This document shows positions 12,194 to 24,160 of a stretch of DNA of 64,000 nucleotides, in pieces. The position numbers and the translations under genes were made by a program. The stretch is from Dimorphilus gyrociliatus (lineage: Eukaryota; Animalia; Annelida). The stretch's first letter is position 1. Each line of letters begins with the position of its first letter. Below the pieces are notes generated by a model, which saw only the letters and a list, made by a program, of their open reading frames with translations, searched no databases and was not told the DNA's origin. The stretch is taken from contig CAJFCJ010000075.1 in the NCBI GenBank assembly GCA_904063045.1, forward strand, positions 1 to 64,000, in the 5' to 3' direction.

Positions 12194-13897
12194 TCAACAG
12201 AAAAAAATCAGATCGATCAGAGCAATAAACATGTAAATAACTATTAATGTGCGGAACGCATTGCCCAGTTTTGCAGCTACAATCAACATTCCAAGGTTAC
12301 TTAAGCCTATTTCGAAGGAATTTATTGCAAACGATATAAATTTCGCTTCGTCCCTCAACGACACTCCGGATATATTATTCTGGCAAATTGTACTAGCTTG
12401 ATTGAATGTTGACAAAGTGCCGTTTAAAGATTTACAAATGTAGTAGCAATATTTTAAGAAAATAAAAATGTTTGAACACTGTGGAAATTTTTTTGGGCAG
12501 TCTGTTCAAGTTGAAAAATAAGAAAGAAATTAAAAGAAAAACAGTAATTCTAATGGGAAAAAACATTCTTATAGTGTGATCATAACAAGTTATCCATAAA
12601 TCATTGGGTTTCAATCTATTCAACCAATTTTCAAGAAAATGTTCAATTCTACACTGGCTTAGTGTTGTTGAATTCTTTTTGCAGTTGATACTAAAGTATA
12701 CAAATGGATCGTTTTTGGAATTATCGTCAGTCTACATATCAATTGTATTTGATAATAGTTAGAAAATAGACTGGAAACTGGTAGAGAATAATTTTTATAG
12801 TAGGCCTCTAGTCTTCCGGAAAATTCTGATTGGTTACTCTTCTTATAAATCAATTTTGAATTGGAATTTCTCAGCAAAAATTTGAAATCTTGAAAATGAG
12901 AGAAAAACTGAGGGAATTTTTTCAACTGCAACTTCAATACAAACCTTTAATACTGGAAAAGTTTGCTAATGTCTTCTTATCAAAACATTTTACACCAAAC
13001 ACTGTGTGATCGTTAAAACTTGGCCATCTTTTCATTTTTAAACATTCGTTTACATGTTTTACGTCGCGTTTACATCTATAAACAGATTCTCTTTCAAATT
13101 TTCCACTATTCAAGTAGAACAGAATTTGATCATCATATTTTCTAAATGGTATTGTTGATGATAATTCATTAGAGAACGTCCTTGACATTTTGCATAAAAT
13201 ATTGTAAGTGATTGATTCCTCTTCTAGCGAATGAAATTCAAATATTAACGGAATAAATCTTTGATTTTTAAAATATCCTGGAATTTCGAAATTTCTATCA
13301 GATTCTATTGAGACTCCATCGGTAAAAGTTGAATTGTTTCGTTCAAAGACAATTCCATTGAGTGTTGTTTCTCCTCCTTCAAATTCAAAATTTTCACCAT
13401 AGCATATTGAATCTGGGCAAAATTTTAAAGATAAACTTGAATTTGTCATCATTTCTAAATAATCCAATTCTATTATGTTTCCGCAGCGTTTATGAGTAGT
13501 TTTCAACGAACAGAATGCAGTATGATTGTTGAAAATTCTTTGATAAACAGTTTTCGTATCAATTTTTAAGAAAAAATAATCTGAAAGTAATTGAAATGTT
13601 TGTTTGTTTATTTATTTATTTTTTCTCTTCATCAATCTTACATTCGACGCTTTTCATAAAGTATTTCACCTTTGTCACATACTGTATATATGAATTTAGC
13701 GACTGAAAGTGACAAACTCTACTCTCTTCTTTGCAGTACATAAAATAAACTGTATAGTCTAAATCTGGATTGTCGCTGTAGGTGTAGTCTGGTCTAATTT
13801 CAACATGAGCTTCGACTCTATACTCGTCAAACCACGATGCTGAGTATTCCTCTAAACAGAATCTTTCAACATCTCTTCTTTTCTCCAGAAGGAGCAA
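12194..13897 (-). CDS. Unassigned coding-like exons, possibly the N-terminal ectodomain of the LGR-like gene
   Basis: ORFs 12194-12415, 12934-13506 and 13616-13897 lie on the same strand directly upstream of the LGR exons. Their composition is protein-like with spaced cysteines, but no family was recognised and splicing was not resolved. Confidence 0.35.
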
Positions 13898-14869
13898 ATA
13901 CCTGTGATTATAATATTTGAAGGTAGTACTAACATAGCCAACGCAGTACTCTCTATTGCAGATTTCATGAACAAATTCCAGTTGTAGTTCGTCTATTATC
14001 TTTAACTATTAAGAAGACAAAATAACATGCTAACTATACGATTTGTGGGAGATATTTCCCACCTTTATATCTTGAACAGACTTCTTTAGAATGAGACACA
14101 AGAAACAAACGACAACACCTTTGTACTGATGATACATTTACACCTTTCCAAAGATCTTTTGGCTTTTTTTTACAAGCGAATGAAAGATTTTTAAAAAATC
14201 GTGCTTAAACGATTAAATAGACGCTCATGTTAAACAAAAAAAAACGCACATTCACCAAACTTTTGTTGAAAGAAAATTGAAACTGGAAAATGTAATTAAT
14301 TTACTTTTAAAAAGGGGATTGTAATGAATTCCAGTTTATATCTCTCATGCTAAAAAAATAGATGAATTCTATTAGTCTTGAACACTTTAGGCCTAAGATT
14401 CATTACATATTCCAATTGTTCCGAAGAACAACAACTTTCTAACTATTAAACAATTTTTCAACATTCTTGCTGTGTTACCCTCCATAGATCATCTACATTT
14501 GTACACATGTGTTTACCAACCCTTCCTTTTAGGGTTAAATAGATAGTGACTCGGGACTTTTTGCCTATACTGTATATATTTTGCAGTATTTTAGGTGTAA
14601 TACATAATTCAGTAATCATAAATTTAAAATTTATATTTGAAAATCTTAACCTTTATAAATAGAATGTATAAAATTTAATTTTTCAACATTCCAGCTGAAT
14701 TAAATTGTTCATGTTAATTATAAAAAATTCTTGTGTATTAAGTTCATAGACTTTCAACTGCAAATGAAAGGACTTTTGTTATTTTACTATAGAATATTAA
14801 AGCACAATCTTCTAAAAAATTGATAAAATACGGACAATTGTTGTAGAGCTTGTTCTCTCCTTCTCTGAG

Positions 14870-15796
14870 ATGATTATTACTCTTCATTTAAATCTAATCT
14901 TTGCACTTCTTCTATTGAACATCAGCATTAGTAGTAATTCCTCCATCAACACGCATAAAACTGTGAATATCGCTCTGAATCAAGTTTCCTATTCATCTAG
15001 CGAAAATGGTAATAATAGGAAAGAATTGGCATTTGATGGGAGCTTTCATCAATATTCATGCTTTAGGTCTGCTACTAATCCTTTGGTAATTGAATGGTGG
15101 ATGATAATATTTTCAAACAGCTATTTTATAAGGACAATCAGAATTTTAAATACAAAAGGTCATTCAATGTCAAATATTGTATTTTTGACTAGCATTGAAG
15201 ATACCAATCCTAATAACTTTAATTCTTTCACACTATGCAATCGGGGTTCAGTTAGATCAATGAAATCCCTAACTGTTGATTGTTTGAATGGACCGCAATA
15301 TTCAGAATTGACTACTGTTAAATTTGAATGAGCCAATAAGGAATTGGTTATTTGCGAAATCGAAATTTGGACAATGAGAGATATCAATAGGAATAAATTC
15401 AATATATTATCATCAGGCAGCAGGCAACAATCTGCAAATGACGGGTGGAGTTTCTCTAAATGGGAGGATCCGTACTGTTCATGGACAAAGGAAATTGTTC
15501 CCAGTTGGTGGGCAATAGACTTGGAAATATAGAGTGAAATATACGCAGTTTCATTGGTGAATAGAATCATTGCTATATCCCGTCTAAGCCATTTAAAAAT
15601 ATTAATATCAAACAATCAATTTGTAAATCCTCCCTGGGAACCAGAAATATTATGCAATACAACAGTCGATGCTACTTTGTACATGACTAGACGTTGTCCT
15701 AAGTATACAATTGGTCAATACCTGGCCCTATTCAAGCCAACTTCTATACCACATCCGGGAATGAAATTGCGCAATACAGGAGAAAAACACTATTAG
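14870..15796 (+). pseudogene. Secreted two-domain fucolectin/F-type lectin (FTP)-like gene with two in-frame stops and a truncated end
   Basis: ORFs 14870, 15344 and 15554 share one frame, separated by TGA (15329-15331) and TAG (15530-15532). It has a signal peptide and motifs NIALNQ...LAFDG...WWMIIF...ICEIEIW and AND...CSWT...WWAIDL...VNR...GQYL. Confidence 0.7.
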
Positions 15797-16403
15797 TAGA
15801 GGTAAAGGGTGTCCTTCTGTCGAAATCTTGTAAAGATCAAGCTATAAAATTAGTTACATTTCATACTTAGTATTTGCTGGATAACATAAATACTTGTCGT
15901 CAATAACGTATTTGTCGATTGAGAACAATCCTGAGATTGCCAAGAGTAGCAGACAATATAATATAATTGATATTCTCCAGTTCTTCATCGAGATATTTGT
16001 GAATGGCCTACAAACTGCAAAGAATCTGTCCACAGCCATCATCAACAGTATACCTACAGACATCCAGGGAAATATTGTTTGTAAAAATGTAATAACACTG
16101 CAAATAATTCTGTTTGTTACAGGTAAAAGACGATTTTGTATATCTGCATGATAGGCCAGAGGCAGAGAGATGGTAGAAGCAAAGAGATCAACCAATGAAA
16201 GATATTTCAATAAAAATCCATGTTGATTTGAGTATGTGGATGATTTGTTAAAAACAAGAAAATTAATAATGTTTCCAACTATACCATATGATATAATTAA
16301 TCCATAAATAAGGGATACAACAATAGATTGTTTTCCATTTTAAAGAATGAACTATACAATTAAAAAAATGGTCAAATGACGTTCTGTTAATAGTAGCATT
16401 CAT
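15764..16403 (-). pseudogene. Truncated rhodopsin-like GPCR (TM1 to about TM5)
   Basis: MNATINRT...FKME is followed by a 1-bp frameshift at ~16333. It then reads GIVGNIIN (TM1), LSLVDL (TM2), MAVDRFFAVCRP (TM3) and TM4, with a stop at 15854. A TM5-like LPLLIVFFSCIAQF overlaps the end of the FTP pseudogene. Confidence 0.7.
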
Positions 16404-17519
16404 CCTTATGATTCCTGTTATGTAATTTTTATCCCTTTATACAGTATCCAAGAAATTAGCAGAAAATATACACCAAAGTATGCATTTACTGTCTATCAGA
16501 TATCATAAGACAAATGGTCCAACAAAAAAAAAATCAAATGTATATCTCAAAATTGCCTCATTCTACTCTTCTCTTCTTTATTACAGTTTATTAGTCTGAA
16601 ATGGAGAAGACAACAAGCTTTTTCAATATTAAAAATACATGTAATAATAATGTATAATATATCAAAAAACAGAAAACACATACACACACACTATCTCATA
16701 ATTAAACCATCTCAAAATAATTTATTTTGGTGTTTTCACCTGAAAGAAAAAATCAAGAAAAGAAACAAAATCTTCGTATCTTTATTAGAAATTTTAATAG
16801 GCTTTATGGAAGGATGATTAGATTCGAAAATCAAATGGCTAGTTCAGATCAAATGTCACGTGGTTTTATTGAACGAATTCCGGACAATTCTAGAACCAGA
16901 TTTACATTGAATGGTGGACATAAGTTAACAATTGGCCTATCTACGTATCTTTTGGTTTTTAAATTGAATAGTAGCCTGCCAATTCTGTTTCTTTTCGCTT
17001 CTCCTTGCCCAACTAGAAAAGGTCTTCTCAATCCCAGATAGATACTAATTAAACTCATCATTAACTGTTGATAAAAACGGGTCACGTGATAGAGACATAT
17101 CTTAACTTTTATTTTTATAAAATACCACTCAGGCCACGCCACTACCTCTCCATCTCAATTAAAGAAACAAAAGTGTTGTTCGAAAGCCGTAAAACTATAT
17201 TCAATTTCTATTGTGAACTAATTTGCGTAATGTTAGAGACTTTTCGCCTAATTCCATTTTTTTATTGAAATAATATTTAAACAGGTATTACCCATAACAA
17301 TATGAGAATTAACTATTTAATAAATGTAAATATTCTAATGAAAAATGTATATAGAAGGTAAATTTCGACATAGAATTAGAATATTTGTTTCTATTTGCTA
17401 AATAATAATAAATTATCCTATTCAAACAACGCTTTAATCAAGAATTTGTATTTAAATGTAAAAAGACTCTATTTCTTTTTTATCAGTTTATCTTAAAGCA
17501 ATTCATCAATCAATTCTAA

Positions 17520-18275
17520 ATGGAATTCTTACAAATTCTACTATTTTTTTATTTCCTTTCAGATATTATCTATTCATTCAACTTTTGTAAATATAATCCA
17601 ATTGGAATTCACGATGAACACAAATTTCCTAATTCGTCATTCAGTGCTCACGGTACTTACTCTTCACACAAGCCTGAATATGCAAGAATTGAGGAAACAA
17701 CTGGAATAAATTGGCACACTTTGGATTATACTAATGGTTGGGTTATGGTTAATTTAGGTCGTAATTACCAGAAATATCCATGGAATAACGAAATAAGATT
17801 AAATACATTTCTTTAACTAGGTCAGCGCTATGATATTTATGGACTAGACTTATTAGGAGGCTATCATATAGCAGATAAGTATATCTCTCTCTATTTTACA
17901 TCGACGTTTACTATATCGTACGGAATGGAAAAGAATTCCCTAACGTCACTCAGAACCAATAGCTCGACACACGTAAAAAAATATACCAGTTTTTATATAC
18001 ATTTTTCTCACAATTTTCATAATTATTAAAGGTATTTGACGGGCTTTTGGACTCAGAGTATAATACTACTAAAAGAATATATTTTCCTAGTAAAATTACA
18101 ACTCAATTCTTCAAATTCCATCCAAAAGGTGGATTTTATGGAGCTGTTAATATTGAACTTTATGGATGTAGTAAGTTACTTTATCTAATTAATTTAATTC
18201 ATTGATCATTACTTTTTTCATTCCAATTTATAACAATTTCAAGATTTTACAGTCACATCAATCCTAATACAATAG
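17520..18275 (+). CDS. Secreted single discoidin (F5/8 type C) domain protein, 4 exons
   Basis: Signal MEFLQILLFFYFLS, then CKYNPIGI...FPNSSFSA...YARI...W...GWVMVNLG, YDIYGL...GG, F.ISY, VFDG...F...ITTQFFKFHP...NIELYGC. Exons are about 17520-17757, 17821-17972, 18032-18170 and 18244-18275. The last exon is less certain. Confidence 0.75.
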
Positions 18276-18298
18276 TAGAAATTTTAGAACACAGTTGA

Positions 18299-20478
18299 CT
18301 AATCATCGTAAAATAACTCGCAAAAGTACAATTTACTCATATCAATAGATTTTTCAACAAATATATGAATGTCAAGGACATCCGTTATACTTGTATCGAG
18401 ATCTTTGCAGTGGAAATAATACAACAGAAATGAAGTCTTATCAATAAATTTTTCCAGTAGGCATTCTTTCATTTTCTCATTACCAGTTTTCTCCATCAAA
18501 TAAGTTGTGTATACATCGAAATTGGCAGTCAATTGATGGGTTTTCTTGAAAGCTAGTACAAGATTGGATGTATTTAGCAATGCTTGTTTTCGATTCATCA
18601 ATTTATAGTTAAATGTTGTTCTCTGAGATTTGATGGCGATACACGTGTTCAACAATCCATCGGAAATATCATAATCTTTTTCAATGGCGCAATTTTTCGA
18701 ATGTAGATTTCTTCCCTCTGCAAAACGTTTCTCAGTTTGCAAATTTTTCGCCATTTTTAAATATAATGTATACAAACCTTTATCTGATATTTGAACCAGA
18801 TTTGAGATATCCTCCATGGAGTTTTTTAACAGAATCTGCCTTATGTCTAAGGGTGTTGATGATGGTATTCTTATCAGAATGTTCTGACCATAGGCTCTAC
18901 CTGAACCAAATTGTATCTCATTATTGGACCATGAAAGCCAAAAATGGTTCCATTTATTACAGTTGACTAGGGATGAATATGACCCAAATTCGAACATTTC
19001 TCCAGCAACATGTACAGAGGAGCTTTCTATATTATTCAAAACAGTGTCAAGTCTTAATTCAACTTGCTTTGTTGTTTCATTCTTAAAGCTGATAACTAGA
19101 GATGAGCAATCCTTCGAATTTCCCATACTATTACCTTTGACCTTGAACTTAACAGACTTGGCATAACTGTGAAGATGAGGAGGTAGTTGATAGACAACAT
19201 CATTGATAAATTGTATATTATAAATATTCCCATCCATCTCTAAAAATGAAAACTGGTAGAAATAGATAAAAAACAGAATTGAAATCAAACTTTTAGCAAA
19301 AACTTTAAAAAATTTAAATCCAATGTCAATAGTTGTATACATTTCTTTAATAATAGCTTTAACTGAATATTCAATAGTTGGTCTATGAGTATAGTTGAAG
19401 CAATGATAATAGTTATCTTCCGGAAGATTGTCCAACGTGTCGATAAAACCTGAACTCCATTCAATTTCCATCTTCTTGACAAAATGAGGATAATTAAACC
19501 TAAAATTGGCACATTGCCAAAGCTTAAATTAATAACATTATATTTGATTTATGTCTTGAGGTAAGACAATAACATAGAATTTATATACTGTATATATTAC
19601 CTGTTGCTATAACAATACTGGACTGGTTGAACAGGAAACGCAAATGTAATCATAATATATTGATTAAGACAATCCTGCGTACCAACACGATTATTTGGTC
19701 CACAATTTGATGCCCAATCATGACTAAAAACTCTATCAATTGCTCTGGTACATTCATAGTTAATATGAGTATTAGACTGTTCACATGTGGCTCCTAGTTC
19801 AAGACCAGCTATATTGATTAGATGATCTTCAACAGTATTTGTTATATCTGAATATGAATATGTATTGTCAATAAAATTTAAAAATTGATAAGTACTCAAC
19901 CTTCATCATAACTGTATGCAAAAATTGTATTATAACCAATATTAATGGCTGCTGGATTCCAACTTTTAGCTTTAAATTTGATGATGTTAATATTGAGACC
20001 GACTCCCTCCTCTAATAGGATACAATCTGTATCAATATTTATATGATAGGTCTTTGAATAAGAATCGATATTAATTTCGATTGCTGTCAGCTGGAATTCT
20101 TCTGAAACAATTCGTTGAATAAAGCAAATTTCAGCAATATTGTATTGTTTTTTAAATGTTATATCAATCCATTTCTGTTGGCAAGCATTAATGGGACAAC
20201 TTGGGGCCCAGTCATCAATGTTCACCCATTCCGGTTCTAAAACATTTTCGCATCTATAATTAAATGATGCTAATGGTGTATGTTCATCAGAAGCCTGACA
20301 CGTTGCGCCATTCACCTTCGAAGCAACATTTATAAGCTTCCGGTCTTGAATAAAAAGATAAAGAATAAAATCCCATTTGTAAGAAGTATCTGCAATACCT
20401 ACCTTGTTTTAAGCCTACAATCAACCTGCAAAATATTATATATACATATGCTTTTATACTGATGGAACTCAATTTCAT
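18299..20478 (-). CDS. Secreted protein with two galactose-binding/discoidin-like domains and a farnesoic-acid-O-methyltransferase-like (Methyltransf_FA) domain
   Basis: Signal exon MKLSSISIKAYVYIIFCRLIVGLKQ. Two repeats begin LINVASKVNGATCQAS and LINIAGLELGATCEQS, with W and I.ITF motifs. The long final exon contains CNKWNHFWLSWSNNEIQFGSG, typical of the Methyltransf_FA fold. Confidence 0.7.
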
Positions 20479-21876
20479 GTTGAAAGTCGAAATACAGTTT
20501 TGTCTGACAAAGGACTCCACATTAAATTACACGTATATATATATATATATATACAGTATATCATTGCCGCCGGTTTATGAACAAATGTTCATTTTAATAA
20601 CAATACATCAAAATAGTTAATTATTTAATGTCACGTGATATAAATGTAAAATTGAAACTATGACTTATGTGGTGAGTCAAACTTTGAATTTTTTAATTGA
20701 ATACCATTTGTTGAAGCCTATGAATAATAAAAGAGAACCTTTTTACTGCATATGCTTTAAATTTTTCATTACGTAATATTAAACTTTGCAAAAATTTAAC
20801 AATTAATAAATTTAATCAAAAATTATCAATTATTATTAAATTAGTAGGCTTATTTGGTGGTTTGGTGTACAGCTAGGAATCTTATCGCGGAAGGCTTATC
20901 GTCTCATGTATGAAAGTTAAATACGAAGGATGACGCTGTTTCGATTTTGAATATTCAATTAATTTTTTAAAAATCGATATTGTAATGAATCTCTTATAAA
21001 CAATCTAATAAATTAACTTTTGAACATTTGTTAACAGTTCTAGTACTTGAATTGGAGAAGATTAGAAGATTAAAGATGAAAAGCATGCTCTTCTCTATCA
21101 TTTTACTAGTTTATTGATTGATAACATGTACTGTTTATATTCGATTACGTCACGCTTTCTCCCTCTGAGAACCTTGATATTCAATTTCCGTTAGCGACAG
21201 TCAAGCTAGTTTGTGTAACTAGTAGAGTAATCTTTAACCTTCACTTTAACCTTGAAAATTTAAACACAACAAAAAGGTAACTTGCAATTTATTTAAATTA
21301 CTCAGCCATAGTGTTTGTTTTAAAGCATTTAATGATTAGGAGATTAATAGAATATTTCTTGTTTTAGCTATAGTATTTTAGCAGAGATGAGTTGCAGAAC
21401 AGCCGAAATTTATCTTTGATCTTTTCTTCCATCAAAACAGACTTAAAATCTCAGTAACATGATCTCCGTACTTCCATAGTACATCTCTCAAGCTATTTAT
21501 TTTAAGAGGCGTAGATTATCCCCAACTGTTGCTATCAACATTGAACAATGGAATTAATGACTAATTAAAAGATAAAAGAAAGCAAATGTTGATTATGGAA
21601 ATATTAATAATAATAATAATAAGTTTCTAAAGCACTTATTGACTAATTAATTATTCAAGGTGAGCTCTATATAAGAGAGAGATATTAGTTCCAGTTGTAG
21701 AATCTGTTAATCATGTTAAAAGTACTCCTACTGCTGATCGAAGTTATATATTCCACTGAAATTACTACACTAACAACCACAAAAGGCTATATTGAAAAGT
21801 CGTGTTAGCATCATTTTTTGTCGTTGAACAATTCCAGGCGTCTCTTTTTGATTTAATGCTAAAAGTTTTTTTACAG

Positions 21877-22901
21877 TATGTTCCACCTACACCAAACACT
21901 TTAACCAGAGTTATTCTTATAAGAAAGTCAATTTAGTACTCGACACAGAAGACTTTGATGAATGCCTTCATAGTTGTAACTCTCAAAGTATTTGCACAAG
22001 CTTTGAATTCAACAAACTGACTGGAAAATGCGTTAAAAATGTATTTGGATCCCAAGGAAAGAGTCTGCAAAAAGCTGAAGGTTTTACCTATTATTCAAAA
22101 ATAATTAATGCAGGTAACATCTTCACAAACGTAACACCAAAAGAATGGTGGATTTCAATTTTTCAATTATCTCCTTTAGATTGTGATAACTGGTTGAAAA
22201 GTGACGGTAAAATAATTGACACTTGTGGATGTGGAATAGAATCTGTGAGTGCTGCTGATGAGGAAAGGTGTAAACAACTTTGTGAACAGAATAGCCAATG
22301 CACAGCTGTAAATTATTTCTCTAGTCAATCAATAAACTGTCATCTTCGGAGGAGTGTCTGTCGATGCATCTTTGTCAGTCTATAGTCAAGGACATATAAT
22401 ACATAGACCGCTTTGTCTGAGTAAGTTCAAATTGATTGTCTATCCTTTTAGACTAAAATTACAAATTGAATTTCCTTTATTTTTTACAGCCATGTTTTAC
22501 TTGTCCATAAGTAATATTTGCCACTCTAACACATCCTCAATTAACCATTATGCCACATCTCTTGGTGATACGAACACTCAATGTGCGGACAACGCTAAAA
22601 GTGTTCCATTATTTTCAAAGATAATATTAACAGCCTCTGACAAGTTTATTAAAAAAACCGAAATTGAAATCGCCATTTTTACGAAGGGAAATAATGAAGA
22701 TTGTGAGAATACCATTGTTTCTCTTAAACAGAAACCACACGAGAAGCTATGCTCGATTACTGAAGTTTTGAGTAATTTGTGTAAATTCTTGTGTTCTGGT
22801 AGCAATTTTGAAACAATTATTATTACTAACTTGACACCAAATATAAAATATTGTGAAATTGAAGTGTCATCTGAAGGTAAACTGGTAAATGTCTGTATTT
22901 A

Positions 22902-22902
<1 letters not shown>
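21877..22902 (+). CDS. PAN/Apple x2 + C-terminal beta-sandwich protein (5' end unresolved; apparent frameshift ~22350)
   Basis: Exon 21877-~22112 reads ECLHSCNSQSICTSFEFNKLTGKC...GFTYYSK. The next exon reads RCKQLCEQNSQCTAVNYFSSQSINCHL and continues only in another frame (GVSVDASLS...). The last exon ends YCEIEVS. Confidence 0.6.
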
Positions 22903-22933
<31 letters not shown>

Positions 22934-23301
22934 AAGAGAGAGGATGGCTATCTCTGTTATTATGGTAATATGAATTCAGCATTGAAATAGAAATAAAAAT
23001 TAAAAGCTTGCAAAAGAAGTACATTGCAGTTTTTGTCTTTTCAGCATTTAATTTATCCTTCGTCGTATCATTCAATTCCCTCGCGTTCACCATTTTTTAG
23101 AATCCTTTCCCTTAGATGATCATTTTCAAATCCAATTATGGACGCGGTCTATTTAGCAATTTGTTACATTCATTTATAATCGATTAATGATATTTAGTTA
23201 TGTAAAGTTTTCAAAATGGCGTCTATCACCACCAGTGACGACATTACTATTCTCTTGATAAGGAATTAAGAGAGAAGAAGGGATAAATGTCGGGTAAGAA
23301 C

Positions 23302-23309
23302 AAAAAAAA
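23302..23309 (-). terminator. RNA polymerase III terminator (T8) of tRNA-Ile
   Basis: A run of 8 T on the minus strand starts 5 nt after the tRNA 3' end. Confidence 0.85.
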
Positions 23310-23313
23310 GTAT

Positions 23314-23387
23314 TGCTCCCACTGGGGGTCGAACCCAGGACATTCGCGTTATTAGCACGACGCTCTAACCAACTGAGCTATGGAAGC
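23314..23387 (-). tRNA. trnI-AAT: tRNA-Ile, anticodon AAT
   Basis: The minus strand reads GCTTCCA-TAGCTCAGTTGGTTAGAGC-G-TCGTG-CT-AAT-AA-CGCGA-ATGTC-CTGGG-TTCGACC-CCCAG-TGGGAGC-A. All four stems pair and A/B boxes are present. Confidence 0.95.
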
Positions 23388-23793
23388 TTCTATAAAATAA
23401 TATCAATTTAACTAGCAATTCAAAGCAAATCATCAAATATTTTATTATTTTGATAATTAGATAAATTCTCTTGAAATTTTATTCAATGTTAGATCTTGAT
23501 GAACTGAACCACTGTACAAAAATTGAGCCAATCGGCCAAGCAATTCAGGAGCTATGAAGGTTTGAAGTTGACGGTGGTTTGTGTCAAGCTGCCTCTCACT
23601 AACATTCTAAAACCTACATTCTACGTTAATTAGAGGGCAACCTATTCAAGTAACTGGAGGTATAGCAATTAATTAATAACTATGCATAAACAGGTATCAC
23701 AGGAAGAGCTAGATTGGATTCTTTGTTCCTTCCTATGTACAAACCCTGGGATATCTGTACACTTCAAAGTAGTGGCGCTTCTCCAACTGCAAA

Positions 23794-24160
23794 GTGGAGA
23801 TTGATGATGATTTTGATGATCTGAAAAGTACAAACAACATTAAATTAAGGAATATAACTGACGAGGAAAGAAGTCAAACTTGTATTGATATCAGTAGCAA
23901 TTTTGATTTTAGTCTCAGAATTTCTTCGCCTTCTGTCGATTCCAATTTCAAAAATGTTAGAATATTAATAAAAGGTAAAAATCTGCTGTTATATTGATGT
24001 TAGAGGTGAAATACCAAAATTGTGGTGTTACTGCCTATATTCAAATTGATTTACAAATTGAACCAGTTTTTAATGATCGTCATTACAGCTGCTTGCTGAT
24101 TGGTGGGGTTAATAGTCAGATGTGCCAGTATTCGTGAAATGGCGGAGAAGGCTACTGCCG
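23794..24160 (+). pseudogene. Degraded exons resembling the C-terminal beta-sandwich of the neighbouring PAN gene
   Basis: Reads ...NFKNVRILIK, a short intron, then VKYQNCGVTAYIQ...SCLLIGGVNSQMCQYS*NG. This loosely parallels IEIAIFTKGNNEDCENTIVSL...LCSITEVLSNLCKFLCSG, with TGA where a Cys is expected. Confidence 0.3.

Noticed and set aside
15329-15331. Selenocysteine recoding of the TGA in the FTP gene
   Set aside because: The position is not an expected Cys, a TAG follows in frame, and no SECIS-like stem was evident.
23460-23600. Motif resembling widespread invertebrate non-autonomous Helitron/DINE-like repeats (aaaattgagccaatcggccaag)
   Set aside because: Single copy in the window, with no ends or hairpin confirmed.
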